DNA of 64,000 nucleotides. It comes from Chloroflexota bacterium (lineage in GTDB: Bacteria; Chloroflexota; Dehalococcoidia; DSTF01; RBG-16-68-14). Below, one piece after another: positions 50,475 through 57,688 of the stretch. Made by a program: the position numbers and the translations under genes. Numbering within the stretch: position 1 is the stretch's first letter; every line of letters starts with the position of its first letter. Location of the stretch: the NCBI GenBank assembly GCA_003228685.1, contig QIFC01000029.1, positions 1,759 through 65,758 of the forward strand, written 5' to 3'. The notes under the pieces are model-generated. The model saw only the letters and a list, made by a program, of their open reading frames with translations. It was not told the DNA's origin and made no database searches.

Positions 50475-50777
50475 CTACGATTCCGATCCGCCCGACCCGT
50501 GCGGCTCCAACGGCATGATCTTGCCTACGGGGAAGCACTCGATCGTGGCGAGGTCAAGCTTCACGGACGGGAGTTCCGAAAGGGCCTCATTCGCCGCCTC
50601 CAAGCTATCGATCTCGAGCATCAGCAGACCGCCGGGCTTATCCTTGCGGTAGTACATCTCACGCAAGATGCCGGCCGTATGCAGTTTCCATAGCTCGTCG
50701 GCTTCGGCCTTGAATTGTTCTCCGGTAGCTTCCGGCGCTCCCGTTGAGCGAAACGTGATGATGGCCACTACCTTCAT
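50475..50777 (-). CDS. Muconolactone delta-isomerase-like small alpha+beta protein
   Basis: 100 aa. Its pattern (E...W.LH..G.....Y......G..ML.IDS.EAANEALSELP....L..IE..PV) parallels MIase-family proteins. Confidence 0.5.
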   Translation of the reverse strand: MKVVAIITFRSTGAPEATGEQFKAEADELWKLHTAGILREMYYRKDKPGGLLMLEIDSLEAANEALSELPSVKLDLATIECFPVGKIMPLEPHGSGGSES

Positions 50778-50862
50778 GCTCTCTCTCCTCAGGTGCTACC
50801 GAGGCCGCACCCAGACTTGGCCGCCAATGACTTGGGACCAACTGAACTCCAGGGGAGGCGAC

Positions 50863-51009
50863 ATGTCAAACCTACCTACTGCTGAAGGTATCGAGCAACT
50901 GGTGAAGTCCGTCAGTGAGGGCTTCCTCGCGTTCATCGACTCCAGCAACCTGCCAGTGGAGGAGCACTCCCGCGATGCGCTGCCGGAGGAGCGGGAGCCC
51001 TTACCGTGA
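50863..51009 (+). CDS. Possible small acidic protein (48 aa)
   Basis: ATG five nt after GGGGAGG. Product is MSNLPTAEGIEQLVKSVSEGFLAFIDSSNLPVEEHSRDALPEEREPLP. I recognise no family. Confidence 0.25.
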   Translation: MSNLPTAEGIEQLVKSVSEGFLAFIDSSNLPVEEHSRDALPEEREPLP

Positions 51010-51043
51010 GGACGGGGCGACATGGTGTTCTTGGCTGCCGCCT

Positions 51044-51505
51044 CTACTTGACCGGCACGGACCAATCGATGCCGCTCTCTTCGGGCGTCATCCGCTCTTC
51101 GTCAGGATTGTCCTCGTCGTACTTGGACGTGATGTAGTACATCAGGATCGTCTCTTCGTCGCCCATCACCATGTAGCCGTGCCAGACGCCCGGCGGGATG
51201 CTCAGGACGCGGCGTTCGTTATCGCCCAGATAGACCCACTTGTGGTTGCCATCATCGTCCAGCAGCCCGACCTTCAGGTTGCCCTTGATGACGAACCAGT
51301 GGTCGGTCTGCTTCTGGTGGCGATGCCACGCGACGACGCGGCCCGGATAGGCCCACGTGATGTTGATGTCGCCCGCCATCTGCACCTTCTCGTCGCCCGT
51401 GAAGCCAAAGACGTCGCATGCGCGGCGCGCGCGGTCGTCGTCATACAGTCGCGGTACGGAAACGATCGCGTCTTCGACCTTGCTCGTAGCCTTCTTCGTC
51501 ACCAT
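51044..51505 (-). CDS. RmlC-like cupin (dTDP-4-dehydrorhamnose 3,5-epimerase-related)
   Basis: AWHRHQKQTDHWFVIKGNLKVGLLDD ... IPPGVWHGY matches the small sugar-epimerase-like cupin pattern. Confidence 0.65.
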   Translation of the reverse strand: MVTKKATSKVEDAIVSVPRLYDDDRARRACDVFGFTGDEKVQMAGDINITWAYPGRVVAWHRHQKQTDHWFVIKGNLKVGLLDDDGNHKWVYLGDNERRVLSIPPGVWHGYMVMGDEETILMYYITSKYDEDNPDEERMTPEESGIDWSVPVK

Positions 51506-51613
51506 GCTCTTCCCCCTCTTTTGTGTCCAGGGCGTTCATTTGTGTTCAAGGCGTCCAGTATATCAGCGTCTTACGTTGTTCAGGTCTACCGCTCACTGAA
51601 GTGCGCGGCATCG

Positions 51614-52016
51614 TCATCGCTCAAACTTCTCGAGGCGCTCCATCTGCGTTCGGATGCATCGACGAACGGTCCGTTCCGTACCCAGGGCCACCGGCTTCCA
51701 GCCATAGCCGCGCTGCCAGAGATTGTCCGTGTGGCCATCTAACTTCTAACTTCAACGTCTCCAGTTCTTGAAAGACCGTGTGTGCCGACCTCCCTTTTGA
51801 CGCCTTCATCGCCGCTGGCAACTCCTCCGGCGACTCCAGTTCAATCATCACGTGTACATGGTCGACCGCGCTTTTACACTCGTGCAGCCGGATGTCACGC
51901 GAACGAGCTGCTTCCCAGATCGCCCGTTCGGCGATTTCGGCGACGTCTCCCTGCAAAAGCCACTTGCGTCGCTTTGTTGAAAACCGGACGTGGTACAGGG
52001 CAATAATTCCCGCCCA
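51614..52016 (-). pseudogene. IS200/IS605-family Y1 (HUH) transposase TnpA, decayed: no start codon and a 7-bp tandem duplication frameshift
   Basis: The reverse strand reads ALYHVRFSTKRRKWLLQGDV...AVDHVHVMIEL...KGRSAHTVFQELETLK (YH..F.TK.RR and HVH motifs). An in-frame stop lies 7 codons before the YH motif, with no ATG/GTG/TTG between. TAACTTC is duplicated in tandem at 51740-51746 and 51747-51753. Removing one copy restores ...LKLDGHTDNLWQRGYGWKPVALGTERTVRRCIRTQMERLEKFER*, ending at 51614. Confidence 0.7.
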
Positions 52017-52050
52017 TCATGCCGCTGACTTCAGTCCGCGGTCCTTGCTC

Positions 52051-52863
52051 CTACCGTCCCTTGAACTCTGGCGCGCGTTTCTCCGCGAAGGCGCGTGGCC
52101 CTTCCTTCGAGTCATCGGTCGACCGGATGATCGCCATCGCGCGGTTCGCGTCCTCCAGCGCCTGCTCCACGGTGCTGTCGTAGCTGCGATAGACGAGCTG
52201 CTTCGCGGCCTGGATCGCGACCGCAGGCCCGGCGACGATGCGCTGCGCCAGCTCTCGCGTCGCCGGTATCAGGTCGTCAGCGGGCACCGCTTTCGATGCG
52301 TAACCGATGCGGACGGCCTCTTCGGCGTCGACGAAGTCGCCGGTCCAGATCAGCTCAAGCGCCTTCGCCAGCCCGACGATGCGCGGCAGGTAGTAGCAGC
52401 CGCCGTCGCCCGGTACGAGCCCAACCTTGACGTACGACATCGCGACGCGGGCCTCTTCCGAGAAGATGCGGATGTCGGCCATGCTGCACATATCCATGCC
52501 AGCGCCCACGGCCGCGCCGTTCACGGCGGCGATGTAGGGCTTGTCCAGCAGCGCGACGGCGCGCGGCACGTAGTGGACGCTATCGCGCAGCCAGTTGCGG
52601 AAGTCGGCGGCAGTGGTCGGCGGCGGGCCATCGGTCTCGTCCAACGCGTTTTCTCCGCCGCGTAGGTCAGCGCCGGCGCAGAATCCTTTCCCCGCGCCGG
52701 TCACGATCACTACGCCCACGCTGGAATCTACACGCGCATCTTCCAGCGCGGCGGTCCACTCCCGAAGCATCGTGGGCGTGAACGCGTTCCTGCGCTCGGG
52801 GCGGTTCAGCGTGATCGTCGCGATACCGTCCGCCTTCTCGTAGAGAATCTGCTCGAAATCCAT
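52051..52863 (-). CDS. Enoyl-CoA hydratase/isomerase (crotonase) family protein
   Basis: VVIVTGAGKGFCAGADL oxyanion-hole motif and AAVNGAAVGAGMDM. Confidence 0.9.
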   Translation of the reverse strand: MDFEQILYEKADGIATITLNRPERRNAFTPTMLREWTAALEDARVDSSVGVVIVTGAGKGFCAGADLRGGENALDETDGPPPTTAADFRNWLRDSVHYVPRAVALLDKPYIAAVNGAAVGAGMDMCSMADIRIFSEEARVAMSYVKVGLVPGDGGCYYLPRIVGLAKALELIWTGDFVDAEEAVRIGYASKAVPADDLIPATRELAQRIVAGPAVAIQAAKQLVYRSYDSTVEQALEDANRAMAIIRSTDDSKEGPRAFAEKRAPEFKGR

Positions 52864-53074
52864 ATCAGCCTCGATTCTGTGATTCTTCGTGGATCAGCCT
52901 ATTTCAGAGCCACGCAATTGTAGCAGAAGGTACGATTTGGTTGAGAAGCGGCGTACGGCGGCGCGAATCCTGGACGCCAGCGCCGCCGATGTTCTATCAT
53001 TTGTGCGTGCCATCACGAAGTGAGACCCTTTACCGAGTGAAGGCCTGCACACGCGATTCGCCCGGAGGTGCACC

Positions 53075-53608
53075 ATGACAGCCGATACACGCTGGACAGA
53101 CGTCGACAAGCTGCTGCAGCCCGCCCCCAAAGGCCGCGAAGAGCTGCACATGCGGGCCGTGCAGGACATCGCGCAGGCACGCTTCGAGTTCCCGACCACG
53201 GAGAACCCCTCGCTCCGCACGTTCGTCAACATCCCGGAGACCACGCTGCCCGTCACCGACCAAGATGGCACGGTGCTGACGCCGGACATCGTTGTCGTCG
53301 ACACGCCCGGCAACATCCTCAGGATTCTCGCCGCGGTCGAAACCGCCGACACGGTGACCGAAGAGCGCGGCAAAGAAGCGTGGGTGCGGCTCTCGCTGCT
53401 GCCGGACGCCGCATTCTACCTCTACGTTCCAGTCGGGTACGGGGGGCAGGCGAAGAAGATCGCCAGCAAGCTGGGCATCGAAATCTACGGCTACCGCACG
53501 TGGCGCTACGTGCCACAGGGCATCGAGATCAACGAGATCTCAGAGCCGCCGGAGATCATCCACAAACTGATGCCGCCGTTCGTCCGCCGCTTCCTGCGGG
53601 GGCAGTAG
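53075..53608 (+). CDS. Hypothetical protein (177 aa)
   Basis: GGAGG SD and coding-like composition. I recognise no family. Confidence 0.55.
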   Translation: MTADTRWTDVDKLLQPAPKGREELHMRAVQDIAQARFEFPTTENPSLRTFVNIPETTLPVTDQDGTVLTPDIVVVDTPGNILRILAAVETADTVTEERGKEAWVRLSLLPDAAFYLYVPVGYGGQAKKIASKLGIEIYGYRTWRYVPQGIEINEISEPPEIIHKLMPPFVRRFLRGQ

Positions 53609-53684
53609 CTCTAGAAGCTGGACGCTAGAGGCTTGAGGTAGGGACGGCCTTGGGGCCGCCGGCCACGCGTTCGCTTAGTTCGCC

Positions 53685-53707
53685 CATCCTGAGCTTGTCG
53701 AAGGATG
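53685..53707. repeat. REP-like hairpin element, copy A (CATCCT-GAGCTTGTCGA-AGGATG)
   Basis: 6-bp inverted arms with an 11-nt loop, lying between convergent genes. Produces the spurious LRQAQD/SLSKDE-type peptides seen in overlapping track ORFs. Confidence 0.7.
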
Positions 53708-53722
53708 AGACTAGCCACCACT

Positions 53723-54817
53723 CTACCCCGCCAGCGCCGCCTCGATTTCGTCCTTACGCTCCGGGTAGCGCGACGCGTACGCGCGCACGAGCCCAAAGCA
53801 GCCGCCGATCATCATGTCGCCGTGGGGCGTCGCGAAGTACGGCTGAAGCCTGCTCCCACGCAGGCGTCCGCGCTGCGGCCCTGTCACAGAGACCAGCGGC
53901 TTGGCGCCGTTCACCGCAGGCGATTCGGCGTAGAAGACTCCATGCCCCTTGCTGTTGAAGACTTCCTCGTGCTCCAGCGTGCCCGCTACGAGCCGCTCCG
54001 TAAAGTCCTCGATCTGGTCGGTGGTCATCTCGCCAGTGTGGTGCTCGTACAGGCTGTGGATGTGTGTGCCGCGCAGGTGGAACGCCAGCGCGTGCATGTT
54101 GCCTAGGTTGAGCACGAGCTGCGTCTCCCATTCCGCCACCTGCGGGTCCTGGAGCGCCCCCAGGGCCGCTGCGGGGCCCGTGTCGAGGAAGACGGTGGGC
54201 GACGCGACATCGACGCAGGAGAGCATCGTGCGGGCGCGCGTGAGGTAGTCCGGCAGCTCCTCCGGCAGGTAGGCGAAGGTGAGCAGATCGTTCTCGCGCT
54301 CGACGACGCGCTTGAGGTGATCGAAGCGAAACAGCCGGTCCGAATAGTCCGGCGGCGAGTCGCCGTGGTCGAGGCAGCCCAGCGCCAGGCCGTCGAAGTC
54401 GACGTCGACATCAAACGCGGCCAGCGCGGTGCGGATCGCGGCGAGGTCGAGGTCGCGCAATTCGACGCGGTCGACGTCATCGAGCGAGCGGGCCTCGTCT
54501 TCAGAGACGATCCGCACGCCCATCGCCTCGACGCGGCCTAGGTCGTCGTCGAACGTGCGCGCGGCGTCAGGCGTCGCGTACGCCGAGCCTCCAGCCTTGA
54601 GATGATCTTCCAACGCCCAGTGGCAGGGGCCACCGCCCTGCGTCACGCCGGTCAGCAGCAGCGCCCGTCTCGCCTCGGTCGCGCGCCGGATCCGGCCTTC
54701 CGCGATCTTCGTCGCGCTGGGCATGACGAGCTTGATGCTGTTCTCGACCGGCCCGGACGAATCGAAGAGCAGGATGTCCTGCGTGCCGGTGCCCATATCG
54801 ACGGCCAAGATGCGCAT
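53723..54817 (-). CDS. ASKHA (actin-like ATPase) fold protein, DUF1786-like
   Basis: N-terminal MRILAVDMGTGTQDILLFD phosphate-1 motif. Length and pattern recall DUF1786 (annotated as putative PFL-activating-enzyme-like). Family assignment is from memory only. Confidence 0.45.
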   Translation of the reverse strand: MRILAVDMGTGTQDILLFDSSGPVENSIKLVMPSATKIAEGRIRRATEARRALLLTGVTQGGGPCHWALEDHLKAGGSAYATPDAARTFDDDLGRVEAMGVRIVSEDEARSLDDVDRVELRDLDLAAIRTALAAFDVDVDFDGLALGCLDHGDSPPDYSDRLFRFDHLKRVVERENDLLTFAYLPEELPDYLTRARTMLSCVDVASPTVFLDTGPAAALGALQDPQVAEWETQLVLNLGNMHALAFHLRGTHIHSLYEHHTGEMTTDQIEDFTERLVAGTLEHEEVFNSKGHGVFYAESPAVNGAKPLVSVTGPQRGRLRGSRLQPYFATPHGDMMIGGCFGLVRAYASRYPERKDEIEAALAG

Positions 54818-54860
54818 GACTGCATTGTATCAGCGGGAGGCGCGCCCCCAGAGACCCAAG

Positions 54861-54902
54861 CACCCGCCGGACGAGGAAGGTAAGTCGATAATCCGGCGGG
54901 TG
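54861..54902 (-). terminator. 11-bp perfect-stem hairpin downstream of the small ORF (possible terminator or attenuator)
   Basis: CACCCGCCGGA (54861-54871) pairs with TCCGGCGGGTG (54892-54902) across a 20-nt loop. On the reverse strand it is followed by CTTGGGTCTCT, a weak U-tract. Confidence 0.35.
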
Positions 54903-54979
54903 GCCTGGGGTCCAACGACCTCGACCGGGCCTTGGTTGATGGTGGGAGAAGCCCGGACGAGTTGGCTACGGCGTTCGAG

Positions 54980-55078
54980 CTAGGATCGCGGCTCCGTTAG
55001 CTCGCCCGTGTACCACTGATGGAAGAGATAGGCGCTCGACATCAAGAGCACGAGCACCAGGATGAATGCGAAAGTCAT
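54980..55078 (-). CDS. Small hydrophobic peptide (32 aa, single TM)
   Basis: ATG at 55078-55076, five nt after GGGGGA. Product is MTFAFILVLVLLMSSAYLFHQWYTGELTEPRS. Too short for the ORF track. It lies downstream of the strong promoter with GAAC-N4-GTTC boxes. Confidence 0.4.
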   Translation of the reverse strand: MTFAFILVLVLLMSSAYLFHQWYTGELTEPRS

Positions 55079-55131
55079 TTGAGTCCCCCTTCAAGAGGTG
55101 GTGGCCGGCACATCTGGCTCAGCCTCGACTG

Positions 55132-55187
55132 GAACGTTCGTTCTTATCGAACATGCGTACTATAGAACATGCATGCTGTATTGTCAA
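55132..55187 (-). promoter_or_regulatory. Near-consensus sigma70 promoter (TTGACA-17 nt-TATAGT) with one perfect and one imperfect LexA/Cheo-type box
   Basis: On the reverse strand, -35 TTGACA runs 55187-55182 and -10 TATAGT runs 55164-55159. GAACGTTCGTTC at 55132-55143 is a perfect GAAC-N4-GTTC just downstream of the -10. GAACATGCGTAC at 55149-55160 has one mismatch and overlaps the -10. Confidence 0.5.
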
Positions 55188-55296
55188 GGGCCTGTTGGGA
55201 GGTTTCTAGAGCGAATCTAGACTGAATCTACAGCGAGTCTGCGGAGTGGTCCGTGTCGCATACATCGGTCAGGGGGGCCAGACTCTTCGCGGAGTT

Positions 55297-55319
55297 CATC
55301 CTGAGCCTGTCGAAGGATG
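55297..55319. repeat. REP-like hairpin element, copy B (CATCCT-GAGCCTGTCGA-AGGATG)
   Basis: 22 of 23 nt identical to copy A. Intergenic, downstream of the fumarase beta gene. Confidence 0.7.
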
Positions 55320-55383
55320 AGCGTCGTAGGGAGTGTAGCTAGATGGCTAGCCTCTAGCTTCAAGCGTCTAGCGTCCAGGCATG

Positions 55384-56022
55384 CTATTTTCCGCCGCCGT
55401 CGGTCTTTGCGGCGCCGATCGGCCCGATCGGCTCGTACGAGCCCAGCTTGTCCGTCTGGCGCCACTGGTCCTTCCCCTGCTGGAGCAGATCGCCGCCGAA
55501 CATGTCGCAACAGAGGATCGCTGGGAAGCCCTCGACCTCGAGCTTCTTCATCGACTCCGTGCCGAGATCCTCGTAGGCGATGATCTCTAAGCCCTTGATC
55601 GCCTTCGACAGCAGCGCACCCGCCCCACCAATCGCGAGGCAGTAGGCCGCCTTGTAGTCCCGAAGCGCTTGCTGCACCGCCGCGCCGCGGCCACCTTTCC
55701 CAATCAGCATCTTGACGCCCAGGTCCAGCATCTGCGGCGTGAACGGGTCCATGCGCATCGACGTCGTTGGGCCGGCCGAACCGATCACCCGGCCTGGCCG
55801 CGCCGGGGTGGGGCCGACGTAGTAGATGATCTGGCCCGTCAAGTCGACAGGCGGCGCCTTGCCCTCCTCGGCGCCCGTGATCAAGCGCTTGTGGGCGGCA
55901 TCGCGGGCGGTGTAGATCGTGCCATAGAAGCGCACGTGGTCGCCCGCCTTGAGCTGGGCAATGTCGTCCTCAGTCAGCGGCGCGCTGATGCGGATCTCAG
56001 AGCCGGTCTTCTCTACTGGCAT
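55384..56022 (-). CDS. Class I fumarate hydratase / L(+)-tartrate dehydratase family, beta (C-terminal domain) subunit
   Basis: LKAGDHVRFYGTIYTARDAAHKRL, GPTTSMRMD, IGKGGRG and AIGGAGAL motifs. GAGGAGG SD. Confidence 0.85.
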   Translation of the reverse strand: MPVEKTGSEIRISAPLTEDDIAQLKAGDHVRFYGTIYTARDAAHKRLITGAEEGKAPPVDLTGQIIYYVGPTPARPGRVIGSAGPTTSMRMDPFTPQMLDLGVKMLIGKGGRGAAVQQALRDYKAAYCLAIGGAGALLSKAIKGLEIIAYEDLGTESMKKLEVEGFPAILCCDMFGGDLLQQGKDQWRQTDKLGSYEPIGPIGAAKTDGGGK

Positions 56023-56024
56023 GT

Positions 56025-56423
56025 CTACTTCTCCTCCTCAGTCAGTTCGACGTTGACGACAATGTTCTTCTGGCCGTTGCGCGCGACAATCATCTCGATT
56101 GGCGTGTCGGGGTCGGGATTGATCTCCTGATGGACGGCCTCTGGCGGCACGAAGACGAAATCGCCGGGGCCCGCGTCAGCCGTGTGCTCCAGCCTCTCCC
56201 CAAAGCGAAAGCGCGCGCGACCGCTGATGATGTAGATCGCGCTCTCCACGTGGCCGTGATGATGCGGGCCGCCCGCTTCGCCGGGCGCCATCGTCACGTG
56301 GCCGACCCAGATCTTCTCGGCGCCCACCGTCGCTGCGGCGATACCTGCCTCGCGGTGCATGCCGGGCGTCTGCGCGGTTCCAGCGTCGCGCTCGTGCGGC
56401 CGTACGACCCGTAGCTCAGCCAT
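56025..56423 (-). CDS. Cupin-domain protein
   Basis: GGPHHHGHVESAIYIISG ... GDFVFVPPEAVHQ (cupin motifs 1 and 2). Confidence 0.75.
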   Translation of the reverse strand: MAELRVVRPHERDAGTAQTPGMHREAGIAAATVGAEKIWVGHVTMAPGEAGGPHHHGHVESAIYIISGRARFRFGERLEHTADAGPGDFVFVPPEAVHQEINPDPDTPIEMIVARNGQKNIVVNVELTEEEK

Positions 56424-56429
56424 CTGTAG

Positions 56430-56732
56430 CTATTGCTCCGGCCCGCTGATCTTCAACAGCACTTCGTCGCCGTCTTCCCACTGCTCGAACGCGAAGAACC
56501 GGCAACACTCGCGCTCCTCATCGACGAACGTGCTCATCCGGCCCCAGATGTCGGGCGTCGCCTCGAAGTGGAAGACCGTGCTGGTTTCGCTCGTGTCCTG
56601 CGAACGCGCCAAGTCGAGGAAGGCGGACGGCGATTCCTTTCGTGCTGCCGCCGACTCTCGATCGAGCAAGCAGACCTGTTCCGCGTTCGGGTCCAACGGC
56701 GCGACGATGCGTGTTCGTGGCTCAGTTACCAT
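56430..56732 (-). CDS. Hypothetical small protein with an ECC(R/P)FF motif
   Basis: AGGAGG SD. C-terminus is FVDEERECCRFFAFEQWEDGDEVLLKISGP. I recall this CC motif from small domains associated with metal or redox regulators but cannot name the family. Confidence 0.5.
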   Translation of the reverse strand: MVTEPRTRIVAPLDPNAEQVCLLDRESAAARKESPSAFLDLARSQDTSETSTVFHFEATPDIWGRMSTFVDEERECCRFFAFEQWEDGDEVLLKISGPEQ

Positions 56733-56742
56733 GTGATGCCTC

Positions 56743-57681
56743 CTAGCTCTCTTGCTCGAAGCTGGCGAGCACTGCGTCCCACATCAACTCGGACGCGATC
56801 GTGCCCAGCCTTGTCACGTTCATGGACTCATCGCGCACTTCATTGGTCGTCACGGTGAAGAGCGTGTCGCCGTCCTGGTCGGTGTGGAACGGCTGGATCG
56901 CGCGCGACATCGAACTGTGCACCATCCGGCCAACCTGCACCTCCTGCCGGTTGAGCTGCTGATTCGTAACGATCACGCTCAGCGTTGTGTTGCCGGTCAC
57001 AGGAGCGCTCTCGCCGAAGCGAATCGGGCCTCGTTCGTTTACCGCTCGATCGATGTTTCCCCGCACGACCTTGCCATCGCGGTCGTGGATGGCCCCCATC
57101 GCGTTCACAACGACGAATGCCGCGATCTTGACGTCGCCAATCTGAACGAACGCGCCGCCTTGACCACCGCGCTCCGGCTTGAGGAAGTTCTCAGCCTTGC
57201 CAACCGTGGCCGCAACGCCTGCTCCGCGAGGGCCCAAAGGGAACTTGCCAGGGTGAGCCGCCTTGACGGCAGCGCGGCCAAGGTCCTTGTCGGGGTAGAT
57301 CGAGTTTTGGCGAGGCCCGAAGTCATAGACGCACGCGCCCGCTACCGGCGCGATGTCCCAGAAGTCCTTCGAGTAGCCCGTCTGGGCAAAGAGCTCTGCC
57401 GCGACTCCTGTTGCGGCTTCAAGGCCATACAAGCTTCCTCCTGCCAGGCAGATCGCCTTGCGGTACATGTGCTCTTCGACCATGAACTGGCCGACTGCCC
57501 CGCCACGGACGTCGGCGGCGATCATCGCGCCGTTGGGGAAGTGGAAGACCGTGCAGCCCGTGGGGCCTTCGTCGTACTCTGCGACGCCGATCTGGAACGC
57601 TGGAAAGTCGAACTCCAGAGTTGGGCCGTCGAACTCCGTCCGCGGCGTCAGGTCAGCCGTGTCGTTCGTGATGGCAGCCAT
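56743..57681 (-). CDS. Peptidase family S58 (DmpA / P1 aminopeptidase-like, Ntn hydrolase)
   Basis: GPTGCTVFHFPNG, ADVRGGAVG, and GNTTLSVIVTN containing the self-processing/nucleophile region. Confidence 0.8.
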   Translation of the reverse strand: MAAITNDTADLTPRTEFDGPTLEFDFPAFQIGVAEYDEGPTGCTVFHFPNGAMIAADVRGGAVGQFMVEEHMYRKAICLAGGSLYGLEAATGVAAELFAQTGYSKDFWDIAPVAGACVYDFGPRQNSIYPDKDLGRAAVKAAHPGKFPLGPRGAGVAATVGKAENFLKPERGGQGGAFVQIGDVKIAAFVVVNAMGAIHDRDGKVVRGNIDRAVNERGPIRFGESAPVTGNTTLSVIVTNQQLNRQEVQVGRMVHSSMSRAIQPFHTDQDGDTLFTVTTNEVRDESMNVTRLGTIASELMWDAVLASFEQES

Positions 57682-57688
57682 GGGGCTG

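Noticed and set aside
50668-50862. The upstream 65 codons of the 113-aa ORF at 50668..51009.
   Set aside because: This part overlaps the MIase-like gene on the opposite strand and has no SD. Only the terminal 48 codons (50863..51009), behind GGGGAGG, were kept, at low confidence.
53075-53608. Possible PD-(D/E)xK nuclease (PDIVVVD ... AAVETAD) flanked by repeats.
   Set aside because: The putative motif lacks the (D/E)-x-K lysine (it reads E-T-A). I cannot support a nuclease fold from sequence alone, so it is kept as hypothetical.
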